Under the pieces are notes generated by a model. The model worked only from the letters and a program-made list of their open reading frames with translations. It was not told the origin of the DNA and made no database searches. A stretch of DNA of 64,000 nucleotides from a virus (taxonomy: Duplodnaviria > Caudoviricetes). Shown piece after piece: positions 41,049 to 50,840 of this stretch. The position numbers and the translations under genes are program-made. The stretch is from positions 1-64,000 of IMG/VR virus record IMGVR_UViG_3300009431_000002, one strand, 5' to 3'. The first letter of the stretch is position 1; each line of letters starts with the position of its first letter.

Positions 41049-41732
41049 CTATGCTGTCAGCATCGCGTAGATGCGCTTCTCCAGTTCAGCGCCACCGGAC
41101 ACGTCCCGAAGGATGCGGTGGAGCGGGTACACCAGCTGCCCCCTGCTGATCCGGGCCTTGTGGGCACCCTGCAGCAGCACGGCCGTCTGGTAGCGGATGT
41201 CGTCCTGGGCGAACCGGGCGACGAGGTCGGCCGAGTGCTCGGCCACACGAAAGTAGTGGGCCATGGCCCGTGCGACGTTCCTGGTGGTCGCCCTGAAGTA
41301 GATCTGGCCGGTCAGGAACGCCGCGTTGATGAAGTTGTGGCAGTGCGGGCACATCGCCGCGCCGTCGTGGACGTACTGCGGCGCGATGAACTTGCCGCAA
41401 CCGCCACCGCCACCGGGGCGGCCGACCTCGAAGTTGTCGCGCTCCGAGCCGCTGTCGGCCTCACGGCACAGGTACAGCATCTCGTCCCCGCCGCCGTGGA
41501 GCTTGCTGCCACTGAGCCAGAAGGTCAGCACACCCTTGTTGGGGCCCTGCAGGGTTCGGTTGGTCCCGAAGTTGACCTGCACCTTGTACTTGGCGATGAC
41601 GCGGCTGGCCAGCTCCTGCTTCTTCATGTCCTGCAGCAGCGCCAGCCCGCGGGCGAGGCCCTGCGGCGTCGTGCCGCGCATCATCTCCTCGGCGGAGACG
41701 AGGTTCTCGAATCGCTCGTTCGTCATGCTCAC
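41049..41732 (-). CDS. Hypothetical protein with Zn finger
   Basis: C...CGK...CPHC. Confidence 0.7.
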   Translation of the reverse strand: MSMTNERFENLVSAEEMMRGTTPQGLARGLALLQDMKKQELASRVIAKYKVQVNFGTNRTLQGPNKGVLTFWLSGSKLHGGGDEMLYLCREADSGSERDNFEVGRPGGGGGCGKFIAPQYVHDGAAMCPHCHNFINAAFLTGQIYFRATTRNVARAMAHYFRVAEHSADLVARFAQDDIRYQTAVLLQGAHKARISRGQLVYPLHRILRDVSGGAELEKRIYAMLTA

Positions 41733-42322
41733 CTACCGAGGATGCCCTTGGCACCCTTCTCACTCGGGATCATACGCCCCTCGGCGCCCTCGACCATCCC
41801 GCGCGGGATGTTCCGCATATTCGTGCCACCGGGCAGGCTCAGGACGAACTCCTTCTTCCTCCCGGACCGACGCTCGGCACGGATGTGCTCCTGCGAGACG
41901 GCCTCGCGCTTCCGGGTCCGCAGCACGTTGCGCTGCGCGTCCCGCATCTCGGGGTCCTCTTCGATCTTGGACTTCCGCGCCCGCGGGTCCTGGCTGCGGA
42001 CGGCGTAGTCCTGCTGCGGGTTCGAGAACGCGCGGCTGATGACCGCGAACATGGCGCGCAGCGACCCCTCGGCGTCCTGGGTCCACAACGACACGTTCCA
42101 CAGATACCCGCGCTGCCCATGGAGCTCGATGAGCTGCTTGGCCACGAACAGCTTGGAGTGCTTCAGGCAGTCCATCAGCGTGAACGCGAGCGTCTCCCAC
42201 CCATTCTCCTGCGCCGGCGTGATGCGGCACAGCACGGTGTACACGCCGTCCCTCTCGCCCTTCCACCGGACCGTGGCGTAGGGGATGCGGCCGATGATGT
42301 TGGCCAGGCCGTCAGCACTCAT
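41729..42322 (-). CDS. Hypothetical protein
   Basis: Coupled ORF. Confidence 0.7.
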   Translation of the reverse strand: MSADGLANIIGRIPYATVRWKGERDGVYTVLCRITPAQENGWETLAFTLMDCLKHSKLFVAKQLIELHGQRGYLWNVSLWTQDAEGSLRAMFAVISRAFSNPQQDYAVRSQDPRARKSKIEEDPEMRDAQRNVLRTRKREAVSQEHIRAERRSGRKKEFVLSLPGGTNMRNIPRGMVEGAEGRMIPSEKGAKGILGR

Positions 42323-42629
42323 CGTCGTCGGGCTCCTTGCGCTCGGGGAGAGCGTACACGTTGTCGCGCCGCCCCTCCATGTCTTCGATCTGGCACTCCA
42401 GCGCCTGGATCATGTAGTCGAACTGCACAATCGACAGCCCGATGGCTCCCATCGCTGCCTGCGTCCCGGAGAAGTGGCGGACGTCCGAGGTGAGCTCGCC
42501 GGCGACGTCGCGGGCCTTGACATCGCTCAGCCGGTTCGACAGCACGCCCCTGGCGCGCATGAAGGCGGCCTTGTCGATCCGGACCTGCTCGAGGAGCTCC
42601 TTGAGCTGGTCGAGTGAGTACTCAGCCAT
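42312..42629 (-). CDS. Hypothetical protein
   Basis: GAGGA RBS. Confidence 0.65.
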   Translation of the reverse strand: MAEYSLDQLKELLEQVRIDKAAFMRARGVLSNRLSDVKARDVAGELTSDVRHFSGTQAAMGAIGLSIVQFDYMIQALECQIEDMEGRRDNVYALPERKEPDDDEC

Positions 42630-43068
42630 CGTCCTCTTCCTTGCTCTTCACCGCCCGCAGCGGCGGGAACGTCTTGGGCTTCGGCGTCTCGGGCCGCGGC
42701 GCCCTCAGCTGGTCCCGCATGAACGGCGGCAGGTTCACGTCGTCGTCAGCCCTCGTCGGAGGGAGCCCCATCGGCGACGACTTGATCTCCAGCGGCCTCT
42801 GCACCCCCGGCGGATCCGGACCCATCGCCGCATCCGCCCTCGTCTGCGCGTTCCTGACCTGCTCCGCCTCCGTCTCGGTCATCGGCCGACCCAGGCTGGT
42901 GTCGATCTTCTCGACCACCATCTCCAGGACCAGCAGCTTCAGCTCCGCGAACAGCGTCTTGATGTTCGGCAGCTCCAGCCTCTGCCGGTTCTTCCCGATG
43001 TCCTCCCCTTCCAGCCGCAGCTTGTATCCCTCCGCCGTCTTGTAGATCGTGATCGAGTGGATCCGCAC
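42622..43068 (-). CDS. Hypothetical protein
   Basis: GGAGG before GTG (MRIHSITIYK). Confidence 0.6.
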   Translation of the reverse strand: MRIHSITIYKTAEGYKLRLEGEDIGKNRQRLELPNIKTLFAELKLLVLEMVVEKIDTSLGRPMTETEAEQVRNAQTRADAAMGPDPPGVQRPLEIKSSPMGLPPTRADDDVNLPPFMRDQLRAPRPETPKPKTFPPLRAVKSKEEDDG

Positions 43069-43503
43069 CGTCGGCCTCCATTCCCAGGACGTACTTGGCG
43101 AGCTTCTCGAAGGCGCCGCCGTCCTTCGGTTCCTCGCCGATGAACGCGCCGAGGACGGGCGCGGGCGGCCCCGTGTCTCGCCGGGTCGGCGACGGCATGA
43201 CGACGTTCGGGTACGGGCAGCCGTCGTTCCGAAGACGCTTGGCCCCGCTGAACGGGATGCGCGTGGTCCAGATGCGACGTTCCTCGGTTGTGTCGCAAGG
43301 CCACGGGCCGCGCCCACGGCGCCACGGCGTCGTCCCTGGGCCCCACGGCGCGTCCTTCCGCATGATCGCGTCCTGGCGGGCCTTGGCGAGCTTCAGGGCG
43401 TTGTCGTAGTCGGTCAGCCCGACCTCTTCGGCTTGGCCCCGAACCGCGTGCTTGCCGCGGCGCAGGAGGCGCTTGACACGACGCTTGATTCGGTCCCGGA
43501 GTC

Positions 43504-43947
43504 TCACTCCATCACCTCCACAACGCAGCGGGTCCAGGGCGCGCCCTGGTAGGTCACCGCCGTCGCCTCCACGAGGTGGAGAGGCTCGTCGTTGGGCAGC
43601 GCCAAGCCCAGCGACGCGATGTTGGCCTGCGGCGAGTCCACGTAGAGCTCACCGCCCGCGCCGATGGAGGCCCGGACCAGCGCACCGCCCACCTTCAGGT
43701 TGATCCAGTCGTTGGGCAGGTCCAGGATGGTCTCGTCGGGCTCGTCGGTGGCGTCACCGAGCAGCTCGTCGAGCTCGTCGTTCAGCGCCTGGGCGCCCTC
43801 GATCCCGTCCGGCACGCTACCCTGGGCCGAACCATGCTGGTGGCTCATCGGTGGGAGCGCCCCCCTCTCCTCGAGAAACTGGAGCTGGTTCTTCGGGATC
43901 ACCCCATGAGTCGTCAACAGGTCCACGATCTTCTGCCGGTTCGACAT
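43504..43947 (-). CDS. Hypothetical protein
   Basis: GGAGG before MSNRQKIV. Confidence 0.65.
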   Translation of the reverse strand: MSNRQKIVDLLTTHGVIPKNQLQFLEERGALPPMSHQHGSAQGSVPDGIEGAQALNDELDELLGDATDEPDETILDLPNDWINLKVGGALVRASIGAGGELYVDSPQANIASLGLALPNDEPLHLVEATAVTYQGAPWTRCVVEVME

Positions 43948-44488
43948 AGCGTCCTCCAACCGTCATCTTGAGGGCCACCTGGGTCTCGGAGGGGCCCGCC
44001 CCGGCGCGCTTGGCACCGAAGACGATGACGACATCAGGCGGAAGCATCCGCGCCTCCACGACGCGGGCGTTGCAGATCATCCAGTCGTCCCCTGTGAGCC
44101 ACGCCTCCGCGCCCAACCAGCGCCGCAGCGCGTCCTTGTCGTGGCACAGAACGTGTGTGGGGACGAACTTGCCCGTGCCCACCAACATGAACAGCGAGAA
44201 CATCTGCGACCGCGGCTCCCTCGCCAGCTCGCCTGGGGCCGGAGCCCACTCGGCGAGGACCACGCGGTTGATCATGTCCTCCAACGTCAGCTCGGCCAAC
44301 AACGGGTCGTCCGGTGAGTCGACCTTGTCCGCCGGCGCAATCCGCTCGACGTAGATCGGCTCCCCGACGTTGAGAGCGATCATCTCGACATCGCCCGGCA
44401 TGGCGAGGATGCGGGCTACCGCGGCCGCAATCTCGTCGACCGTGGCCGGGCACGGATGGTGCTCAGTAACGCGTACCTTCCCTGGCAC
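43817..44488 (-). CDS. Hypothetical protein
   Basis: AGGAGG RBS; 3' end overlaps next gene. Confidence 0.6.
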   Translation of the reverse strand: MPGKVRVTEHHPCPATVDEIAAAVARILAMPGDVEMIALNVGEPIYVERIAPADKVDSPDDPLLAELTLEDMINRVVLAEWAPAPGELAREPRSQMFSLFMLVGTGKFVPTHVLCHDKDALRRWLGAEAWLTGDDWMICNARVVEARMLPPDVVIVFGAKRAGAGPSETQVALKMTVGGRYVEPAEDRGPVDDSWGDPEEPAPVSRGEGGAPTDEPPAWFGPG

Positions 44489-44663
44489 TGTCTTCCTCCT
44501 CCTTCAGCGCGACCAGGTAGTCGCGGAGGATCTGGCTCAACGTGTTGGACTTGCGACGGGCGTAGGCGAGGGCCCACTGATGTAGGTCCTTCGGCAGCTT
44601 GATGTTGAGGCGGCTGGTCTCGCCGTCCCACTGGCCGCGCTTTCGGATGGGGATCTCAGGCAT
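44463..44663 (-). CDS. Ribbon-helix-helix (Arc/CopG-like) regulator
   Basis: RLNIKLPKDLHQWALAYARRKSNTLSQILRDYL. Confidence 0.75.
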   Translation of the reverse strand: MPEIPIRKRGQWDGETSRLNIKLPKDLHQWALAYARRKSNTLSQILRDYLVALKEEEDSAREGTRY

Positions 44664-44674
44664 GGCAGGCTCCG

Positions 44675-44703
44675 ATGGTACACACGCTGTACTTACCTGT
44701 CAA
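44675..44703 (-). promoter_or_regulatory. Promoter TTGACA-17-TACCAT with GTACA-N5-TGTAC operator in the spacer
   Basis: Read directly; operator at 44678-44692. Confidence 0.7.
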
Positions 44704-45995
44704 GGCGGTCCTGCGAGCGAGTACCCCAACGCCTCCACGACGTCGGGATCGGCCGCGTCGCGCATCGCCTTGAGCAGCGGCTGGCTGTACCGACGCATGT
44801 ACTCCCCCTCGAGGTAGTACGCTCGCCGGGTGAAGGTCTTGTCTTCCAGCCCGTCGTCGCGGGAGAAGTGCTCCAACATCGGCGCAAGGCACCTGTCCGG
44901 CAGACGGACCACGCCGGGCACTGCTTCGCGCCCGAAGAGCGCCGCGACCCGCCGGAGCTCGACGCCCGGGTTGCGCAGGAGATCCTCGTAGCGCACGACC
45001 GCGGCGCGCTTGCCCTCGAAGAAGTCGAGCCAGGCACGGTGCAGCTTGTTCCAGCGCCCCATCCACTTCGTGACCGCTTCGGGCGTCACCGAGACCCGAC
45101 GCTTCGTGAGGCGTTCGGCCCATTCGGCGAAGCTGATGCACCAGGCGTAGGGGTTCTTCACGCTCAAGATGAAGCCGAGGTCGCCGCGGTCGTGGGCCGC
45201 CTTCACGTTGGTCTGCTCGTACTGCGAGGTGAACCCACGCGCGACGAGCGGCGACCAATCCCAATCGAGCTCCGCCGGCGCGTGGTGCTTCCCGCCGAGC
45301 GGGTTGGAGAGGACGCGGGCGTGGACGTACTCCTCGAGGAGCAGCTTGAGGAGGTTCGTGCCGGACCGCTCGATGCCGTACTGCTTGACGTAGAGCTTGC
45401 GTCCGCGGGGCTGGCTGCAGTTCGGGCCCGTGATGACCCGCCGGACGTCGGCGATCTCGGGACCAGTCGGCGGCTGCACCCGCCACCAATCTGTTCGCCA
45501 CCGACCGTTCGTGGTCTGCCCACCATCTGTTGCGAAGCGGCCGACGAGGTCCGCGCCGAAGTCGTAGTACCGCCGCTCAGCGTTGTCCAGCGCGATGACG
45601 CCGCCGCTGCGCACGGCGAGGAGTGCTGCCGCGAGGCAGCGGACGCGACGACGGCCATCCACGAGTGCGAAGTCAGCGCCCTGCAGGCCGACTGCGTCCA
45701 CGCCGGCCATCGGGTAGGCTGTCCGGTCGCCCCACACCGGCACGTGCTGCAGGCGGACCTGCTGGGGCAGCCTGGGGCGAAGGTCCTTGACGGCGGGAGC
45801 ATGGTGTTCGACCGACGACCACCCCTTCGTCCGGCGGGCGAACCACAGGGTCGACTCGCCGGAGCCCCACTCCAGGCCAACCCAGTTGCCCGTGTCCCAG
45901 GACTCGAAGAGGTCGATGAACTCGCGGGTCAGCCACGGCTCTCCGGGGCCACCGGTCAGCGCTTTGTACCTGTGCTTCGGGTTGATCCACGTCAT
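44700..45995 (-). CDS. Class I SAM methyltransferase fused to sulfotransferase
   Basis: LEWGSGEST...ALVDGRRR...ALDN; then YGIERSGTN, VKNPYAW, VRYEDLLRNP. Confidence 0.75.
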   Translation of the reverse strand: MTWINPKHRYKALTGGPGEPWLTREFIDLFESWDTGNWVGLEWGSGESTLWFARRTKGWSSVEHHAPAVKDLRPRLPQQVRLQHVPVWGDRTAYPMAGVDAVGLQGADFALVDGRRRVRCLAAALLAVRSGGVIALDNAERRYYDFGADLVGRFATDGGQTTNGRWRTDWWRVQPPTGPEIADVRRVITGPNCSQPRGRKLYVKQYGIERSGTNLLKLLLEEYVHARVLSNPLGGKHHAPAELDWDWSPLVARGFTSQYEQTNVKAAHDRGDLGFILSVKNPYAWCISFAEWAERLTKRRVSVTPEAVTKWMGRWNKLHRAWLDFFEGKRAAVVRYEDLLRNPGVELRRVAALFGREAVPGVVRLPDRCLAPMLEHFSRDDGLEDKTFTRRAYYLEGEYMRRYSQPLLKAMRDAADPDVVEALGYSLAGPP

Positions 45996-46675
45996 CGGGG
46001 CACCCGGCAGTCGTACCCAAGGGCCCGCGCGAGCTGCGGCAGGGCCGCATCGCTCCGAAGGCGGCGACGCAGGGCCACGACATCCGCTGCAGAGCAAGTC
46101 TTCCACGGCTCGAGACGGCTCGGGTCGAGCGGCCGGTGGCCTCCCATCGCCTTGGTCGCCCACGGGTCGTCTGTCCTGAAGTGCCGGTGGCAGCCTGCGA
46201 AGGTGCGGCAGTCCTGGAGGTGGAAGGCGCGACGCAGCTGCCGCTGGATCGTCGCCGGGTCGGTGACCAGGGTCTCGAAGCGGACGACCTGAACATTCGC
46301 GTGCTGCCGAAACCGCAAGAGCATCCGCGCGGCGTAGGCCCACCGGCTCGGCGGGACGTAGAACTTGCCGCCGCTGGCGGGGTGGCGAGACAGCAGCACG
46401 GCCTTGGGGTCCCGGACCATGAACACGACGCCCACGCCAGCGGCCAGGGCCTCCCTGACGTCCTCCACCGACTCCGCGAGGTCCACCCAGTGCTTGGAGA
46501 CCATCCGCGGGTACTTCAGCGCCACGCACGACGACGGTGAGATGTGAACGTCCGGGACACACCGCCACTCGTGCTCCCCGGGTACGTGGGCGATGTCCCG
46601 GTACCCGGCGCCGATCAAGAAGTGCATCAGGGTGTTGCCCGAGCGAGCGCACCCGGTGGTGACGATCCGCCTCAC
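45992..46675 (-). CDS. Sulfotransferase family protein
   Basis: TGCARSGNT (PAPS loop), MVRDPKAVLLS, VRFETLVTDP. Confidence 0.8.
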   Translation of the reverse strand: MRRIVTTGCARSGNTLMHFLIGAGYRDIAHVPGEHEWRCVPDVHISPSSCVALKYPRMVSKHWVDLAESVEDVREALAAGVGVVFMVRDPKAVLLSRHPASGGKFYVPPSRWAYAARMLLRFRQHANVQVVRFETLVTDPATIQRQLRRAFHLQDCRTFAGCHRHFRTDDPWATKAMGGHRPLDPSRLEPWKTCSAADVVALRRRLRSDAALPQLARALGYDCRVPR

Positions 46676-47986
46676 CTACTTCTTCCCGAAGAACTCCTTC
46701 ACCACCTTCGGCCGCATGGCGACAGCGACCTTGCGGTTCGACAGGCACATCGAGCAGAAAGGTTGCTTCAGCCGGTCCTGCTGCAACAGGCGGTTGAGGA
46801 AGTGGGGCCGCAGGGTGTCGTGGAACTGCGGGAAGTTGTCGTAGTCGCGGCCGAGGTGCAGCGCCGTGTTCCGGCCGTTGGGGCAGATGTCGACCTTCCC
46901 CTCGCGCAGCGTGAACTTCGCGCAGTTGCAGTGCGCCGGCAACGACTTCGGCACCGGGACGACGGGGCCGTTCACCCGCTGCTCCCGTTCCGAGATGACG
47001 ATGTGCTTGGCCTCGCCGTACTTGCCGGCCTTCGGGAAGGCCTTGCGCACCGCGGCCACCTGGGCCTTGTTGCCGGAGTACTCCGAGATCCGAACGAGGT
47101 CGGCCATCTCCAGCACGGGCGCGTACTTCCTGGTGGTCTTCTCGGTGAAGGGCAGCACCGCGGTGAGGATGTCCACCTGGTCCGTCAGGCCGGACTCCTT
47201 GAGCCGCTTGACGCCGGCGGCGATGTACTTCCACATCAGAGGCTCGCCGCCGCAGAGCGTGATGACGCGGTAGTGGTAGCCCGACTGCTTGCTGTAGTCG
47301 ATGAAGCGGTCGACCTCGGCCAACGACATGTGGTGGTTGGGAGAGCCCTCCATCCACTCGCGGACGATGCAGGGCACGCACCCACCCGAGCAGGTCGTGG
47401 TGGCCATCAGCGTCATCTTCAGCACGGGTTTCCTGGCGAACCAGGTGCTCCCCGGGCCACGCTGGAGCTCCAGGCCCTGCAGGGCGCAGAACTCGTCCAC
47501 GGCGTGGATCACGCCTGGGAACCAGCCCGCGTAGTCGTGGCCCGCGAGCCACCCACCGGGCTTGACCTTGCCGTACCATGCCCGGAGGTCGGCCGAGACG
47601 TCCTTGTAGCCGTGGCCGGCGTCCACGAAGACCATGTCGAGGGTCCGGTCTCCGATCATCTCCGCCGCGTCCACCGACGGCATGTGCATCGGCCGCACGT
47701 CGCACTTGGCGTCGCCGCGCGTGATCTCCAGGAAGGTCGCCTTGGCGTCGCGGTGCTCCTGGACCGACTCGTCCCAGGAGTCCACGGCGTAGAGCACCGC
47801 GGGAGGAACGGCCTCGAGCATGTAGCTCGTGCTCAGCCCAGAATGGACCCCCACCTCGGCCATCGTCCGCACGCGCTTCTCCCGGACGAACTTGGCGTAC
47901 CACTCCCCCTCCTTGGGGAAGAACCACCCCATGACCTCGCGTCCGCGGAACTGCCTGCTGCCTCGACTCTTGAAGTTGATCGCCAC
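46676..47986 (-). CDS. Class I SAM methyltransferase fused to radical SAM domain
   Basis: EVGVHSG...FVDAGH...GGWLAGHDY; then CSGGCVPC (CxxxCxxC), GGEPL, C-terminal Cys cluster. Confidence 0.8.
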   Translation of the reverse strand: MAINFKSRGSRQFRGREVMGWFFPKEGEWYAKFVREKRVRTMAEVGVHSGLSTSYMLEAVPPAVLYAVDSWDESVQEHRDAKATFLEITRGDAKCDVRPMHMPSVDAAEMIGDRTLDMVFVDAGHGYKDVSADLRAWYGKVKPGGWLAGHDYAGWFPGVIHAVDEFCALQGLELQRGPGSTWFARKPVLKMTLMATTTCSGGCVPCIVREWMEGSPNHHMSLAEVDRFIDYSKQSGYHYRVITLCGGEPLMWKYIAAGVKRLKESGLTDQVDILTAVLPFTEKTTRKYAPVLEMADLVRISEYSGNKAQVAAVRKAFPKAGKYGEAKHIVISEREQRVNGPVVPVPKSLPAHCNCAKFTLREGKVDICPNGRNTALHLGRDYDNFPQFHDTLRPHFLNRLLQQDRLKQPFCSMCLSNRKVAVAMRPKVVKEFFGKK

Positions 47987-47995
47987 GTCGTCCTC

Positions 47996-49825
47996 CTACC
48001 AGGCGTCCTTGCTGGAGACCCTGGGTCCAGTCACGCGATACTGGCACAGGAAGCCGTCGTGCGCACGAGCCTTCCGGTGCTTCTGCCTGTACCGCTTGTA
48101 GAAGTCGTAGTCGTGGCCCTTCTTCCAGACACCCTGTCCGGTGGACCACTCCTCGTCGTACATCGTCTCCAGCGCCCACGCAGTGCGGAACGCCACGCAG
48201 CCGCTGTGCGGGGCGAACCGGCGCCCCTCCTTGCCGTCCCATCGATGCTCCCCGACGCGCTCCCCGCCGTGGTCGATCAGCCGTGCGCTGCCCCAGAACA
48301 AGCCCAGCTGCGGGTCCTTCTCGAACGCCTCGACGGTGATCTTCAGCCGGTCGGGCAAGGAGATGTCGTCGTCGTCGTTGTTGGCGATGAGCGGGGCTCG
48401 CGCGTGCAACAGCACCTGGTTGCGCTTCCACGACAGGTTGCTGTTGGGGTAGTGGAACCACACGATCCGCGGGTCCCTGAAGGACTCCAGCACCTTCCGC
48501 ACCTTCGGGTCTGTGCTGTCGTCGATGATGATGAGCTCCCAGTCGCGCATCGACTGCGCCAGGATCCCCTCGATGGCCTGGAACAGGAACCGCGGCCGGT
48601 TGTGCGAGACCATCATCACCGTGACCTTCGGCGCGTTGGTCGCCGTCCGCAGGCCGTGCCGCCGTCGCCAGATATTGCCGAGGCGCATTAGGTCCTCCTT
48701 CTCCCAGTTCTGGTACATGTCCAAGCTCACCTCGGGGGCGTCGTCGGCGGCGAGCTCCTCGGCGAGCGCCCTTCGCCACTCGTCGAGGTCGTGCGGAGGC
48801 ACGAACACTCCGTGGTGCGGAAGGGCTTCGCGGATCCCAGGTAGGTCTGAGGCGATGACCCTCGCGCCCCCGATGGCCGCCTCCACAGCGGCCATGCCGT
48901 AGGTCTCGGTCTCCGAGGGCATGAGGTGAACCCGGCTGCGCGAGAAGAAGCGCCGCAGGTCCCGGGCCGGCCCCACCATCTGGACGTTCGGCAACACCTC
49001 CAGGCCCTCGACCTGGGTGCCGTAGCCGCCGCGGGCGATGAGGAAGTGCTGGTCGTTGAACTCCCGGGCCAGTTCCCGGACGATGTTGCCGCCCTTCGAC
49101 CCGGAGGGGTTGATCATGGTCACGCTGTCCCGCTTCGGCGCCAGTCCCCCGAGGATGCGCGACGTGTCGATGACTGGACGGACGATCACGCTGTCCTTCG
49201 GCTTCCCGCACTCCTCCCACAGCGAGTACGAGTTGAAGATCCATCCTGCGGGCTTGTACCCCTGTGAAAGCGGATGGTCGTAGCTCCACTTCACGTGGCA
49301 GTACAGGTAGACCGGCACGGTGCCGAGCTCGAGGAACGGATGCGCAGCCTCGAACTGCGCCACGACCACGTCCGGCCGCATCCGCGCGAGCAGGGGCTTG
49401 ACGTAGTGCCGTTCCCATCTTGGGAACCCGGAGTGCAGGAGCACCCCCTCCATCGACTCCACTCCGCCAGGGCCCTCGCCCTCGACTGCGACGACATCGA
49501 AGCCGTCCCGGACCAGGGCCTGGGCCAGCCCCATCATCGCGGTCTCGCCCCCGGCGTAGACGTAGGGGGGCAGCCTCGGGGACACGCACAGGACCAGTGG
49601 CTTGGTCTTGGGGGGCGCACCCGTCAGCAGGAGCATCGCGGCGCCCCGCCGTCCAGGCTTGACGTTCAGCGGGCGCCCTTCGATCTCGCCCATCCTCGTC
49701 ACGACGTTGCCTGCGAAGCGCGTGTAGCGCTCGGCGGGTACAGGGCTCGTCGGGGCCAGGACTGCGACGACGTCGCTGAACGTCTCGTAGATCCTATCCG
49801 AGATCAGGTGGATGTCGTCAGCCAC
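47996..49825 (-). CDS. GT4 (GT-B) + GT2 (GT-A) bifunctional glycosyltransferase
   Basis: GGET, ETYGMAAVEAAIGG..VIASDLPG; then VMMVSHNRP...WELIIIDD...NDDDDISLPDRL. Confidence 0.85.
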   Translation of the reverse strand: MADDIHLISDRIYETFSDVVAVLAPTSPVPAERYTRFAGNVVTRMGEIEGRPLNVKPGRRGAAMLLLTGAPPKTKPLVLCVSPRLPPYVYAGGETAMMGLAQALVRDGFDVVAVEGEGPGGVESMEGVLLHSGFPRWERHYVKPLLARMRPDVVVAQFEAAHPFLELGTVPVYLYCHVKWSYDHPLSQGYKPAGWIFNSYSLWEECGKPKDSVIVRPVIDTSRILGGLAPKRDSVTMINPSGSKGGNIVRELAREFNDQHFLIARGGYGTQVEGLEVLPNVQMVGPARDLRRFFSRSRVHLMPSETETYGMAAVEAAIGGARVIASDLPGIREALPHHGVFVPPHDLDEWRRALAEELAADDAPEVSLDMYQNWEKEDLMRLGNIWRRRHGLRTATNAPKVTVMMVSHNRPRFLFQAIEGILAQSMRDWELIIIDDSTDPKVRKVLESFRDPRIVWFHYPNSNLSWKRNQVLLHARAPLIANNDDDDISLPDRLKITVEAFEKDPQLGLFWGSARLIDHGGERVGEHRWDGKEGRRFAPHSGCVAFRTAWALETMYDEEWSTGQGVWKKGHDYDFYKRYRQKHRKARAHDGFLCQYRVTGPRVSSKDAW

Positions 49826-50558
49826 GGTCCAGCTCCAGCACCTTCCGGACGCCCCACGGCCGCGGGGCCACGCCGTCCCGTTTGATGGTCTCGAACATCT
49901 CGTTGTTGCGGTGGTGGTCCCCGGCCGCGGCCGCGGACGGATGGTCTTGGTGGATGATGAGCGGGTCGTCGATCCAGCTGATGTCGCCGACCTGGTCGGC
50001 CTTCCAGACGGCGTGGTCGTCTTCGGCGCCCCAGCCGACGAAGCGTTCGTCGACGCCGGAGATCGCAGCCCACAGGGCACGCTCCGCGCCCATCGACATA
50101 CCGTTGGCACACCGAGACCAGGGGTTGGGCTGCGACGACGCGAAGTAGGCGCCCCAGTCCGACGAGAGGTCCTCACCCTCGGCGGCCTCGCGGCCGCGCC
50201 GGTGCTCGCACATGAGCATCAGATTCGGCCGGAGCCGGGCCTCGTAGGTCTCGACGAAGTGGGGGGCTGCGACGGCGTCGACGTCCAGCACGACGACGTG
50301 GCGACTCCGGCTCACGCGGATGCCGCAGTTGATGCTCGCGGCCCGACTGAACCGCGGGTCCCGCCACTCCACACGGAGGAACGTGAAACCGAAGGACCTG
50401 GTGATGCCGCGGATGTTGTCGAGGTGGTCTGTCGCGCTGGACAGGTCCGAGACGACGACCTCCTCAGGAGGCACCGTCTGGCGCGCCAAGGCGTTGAGGC
50501 AGTTCCACAACCGGGCGCCGCCACGGTCGCGCTGCGGGATGACGACCGTGGTGCCCAT
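49818..50558 (-). CDS. GT2 glycosyltransferase with GT7 C-terminal-like motif
   Basis: VVIPQR, FSRAASINCG, LDVD, DERFVGWGAEDD. Confidence 0.85.
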   Translation of the reverse strand: MGTTVVIPQRDRGGARLWNCLNALARQTVPPEEVVVSDLSSATDHLDNIRGITRSFGFTFLRVEWRDPRFSRAASINCGIRVSRSRHVVVLDVDAVAAPHFVETYEARLRPNLMLMCEHRRGREAAEGEDLSSDWGAYFASSQPNPWSRCANGMSMGAERALWAAISGVDERFVGWGAEDDHAVWKADQVGDISWIDDPLIIHQDHPSAAAAGDHHRNNEMFETIKRDGVAPRPWGVRKVLELDRG

Positions 50559-50840
50559 CTACTCCGGCGGGACCTCCTGCTCCTGGACGTTCTGGAGCTT
50601 CGTCAGCCAGTCGTCCAGTCCCTCGAACATCGGGAAGCGCTCCCCGAGCCAGCAGGCGATGAACACGTGCGCCTCGCGCATGTCGCGCTCCGACGTCGTC
50701 AGCTCGCCGGCGAAGCGGTCGTTCAGCGCCTGGGCCAGCCGGATGTGCAGGTCACCCTGCACCGCGATGAAGGAGGGGAGGAGATCCCACCGGATCTCGA
50801 CGTTCCCCTCCTTGCGGCTACTGGGCCTGACGAGCAGCAC
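50559..50840 (-). CDS. Hypothetical protein
   Basis: ORF track; start uncertain. Confidence 0.55.
   Translation of the reverse strand: MLLVRPSSRKEGNVEIRWDLLPSFIAVQGDLHIRLAQALNDRFAGELTTSERDMREAHVFIACWLGERFPMFEGLDDWLTKLQNVQEQEVPPE

Noticed and set aside
42746-43507. 253-aa ORF overlapping 42622..43068 by over 300 nt
   Set aside because: The N-terminal part may be coding, but the extent and any frameshift cannot be resolved by eye, so it was not called as a feature
44700-49589. 1629-aa ORF as one protein
   Set aside because: Only the part from ATG 45995 is protein-like; the rest is an alternative frame over three other genes
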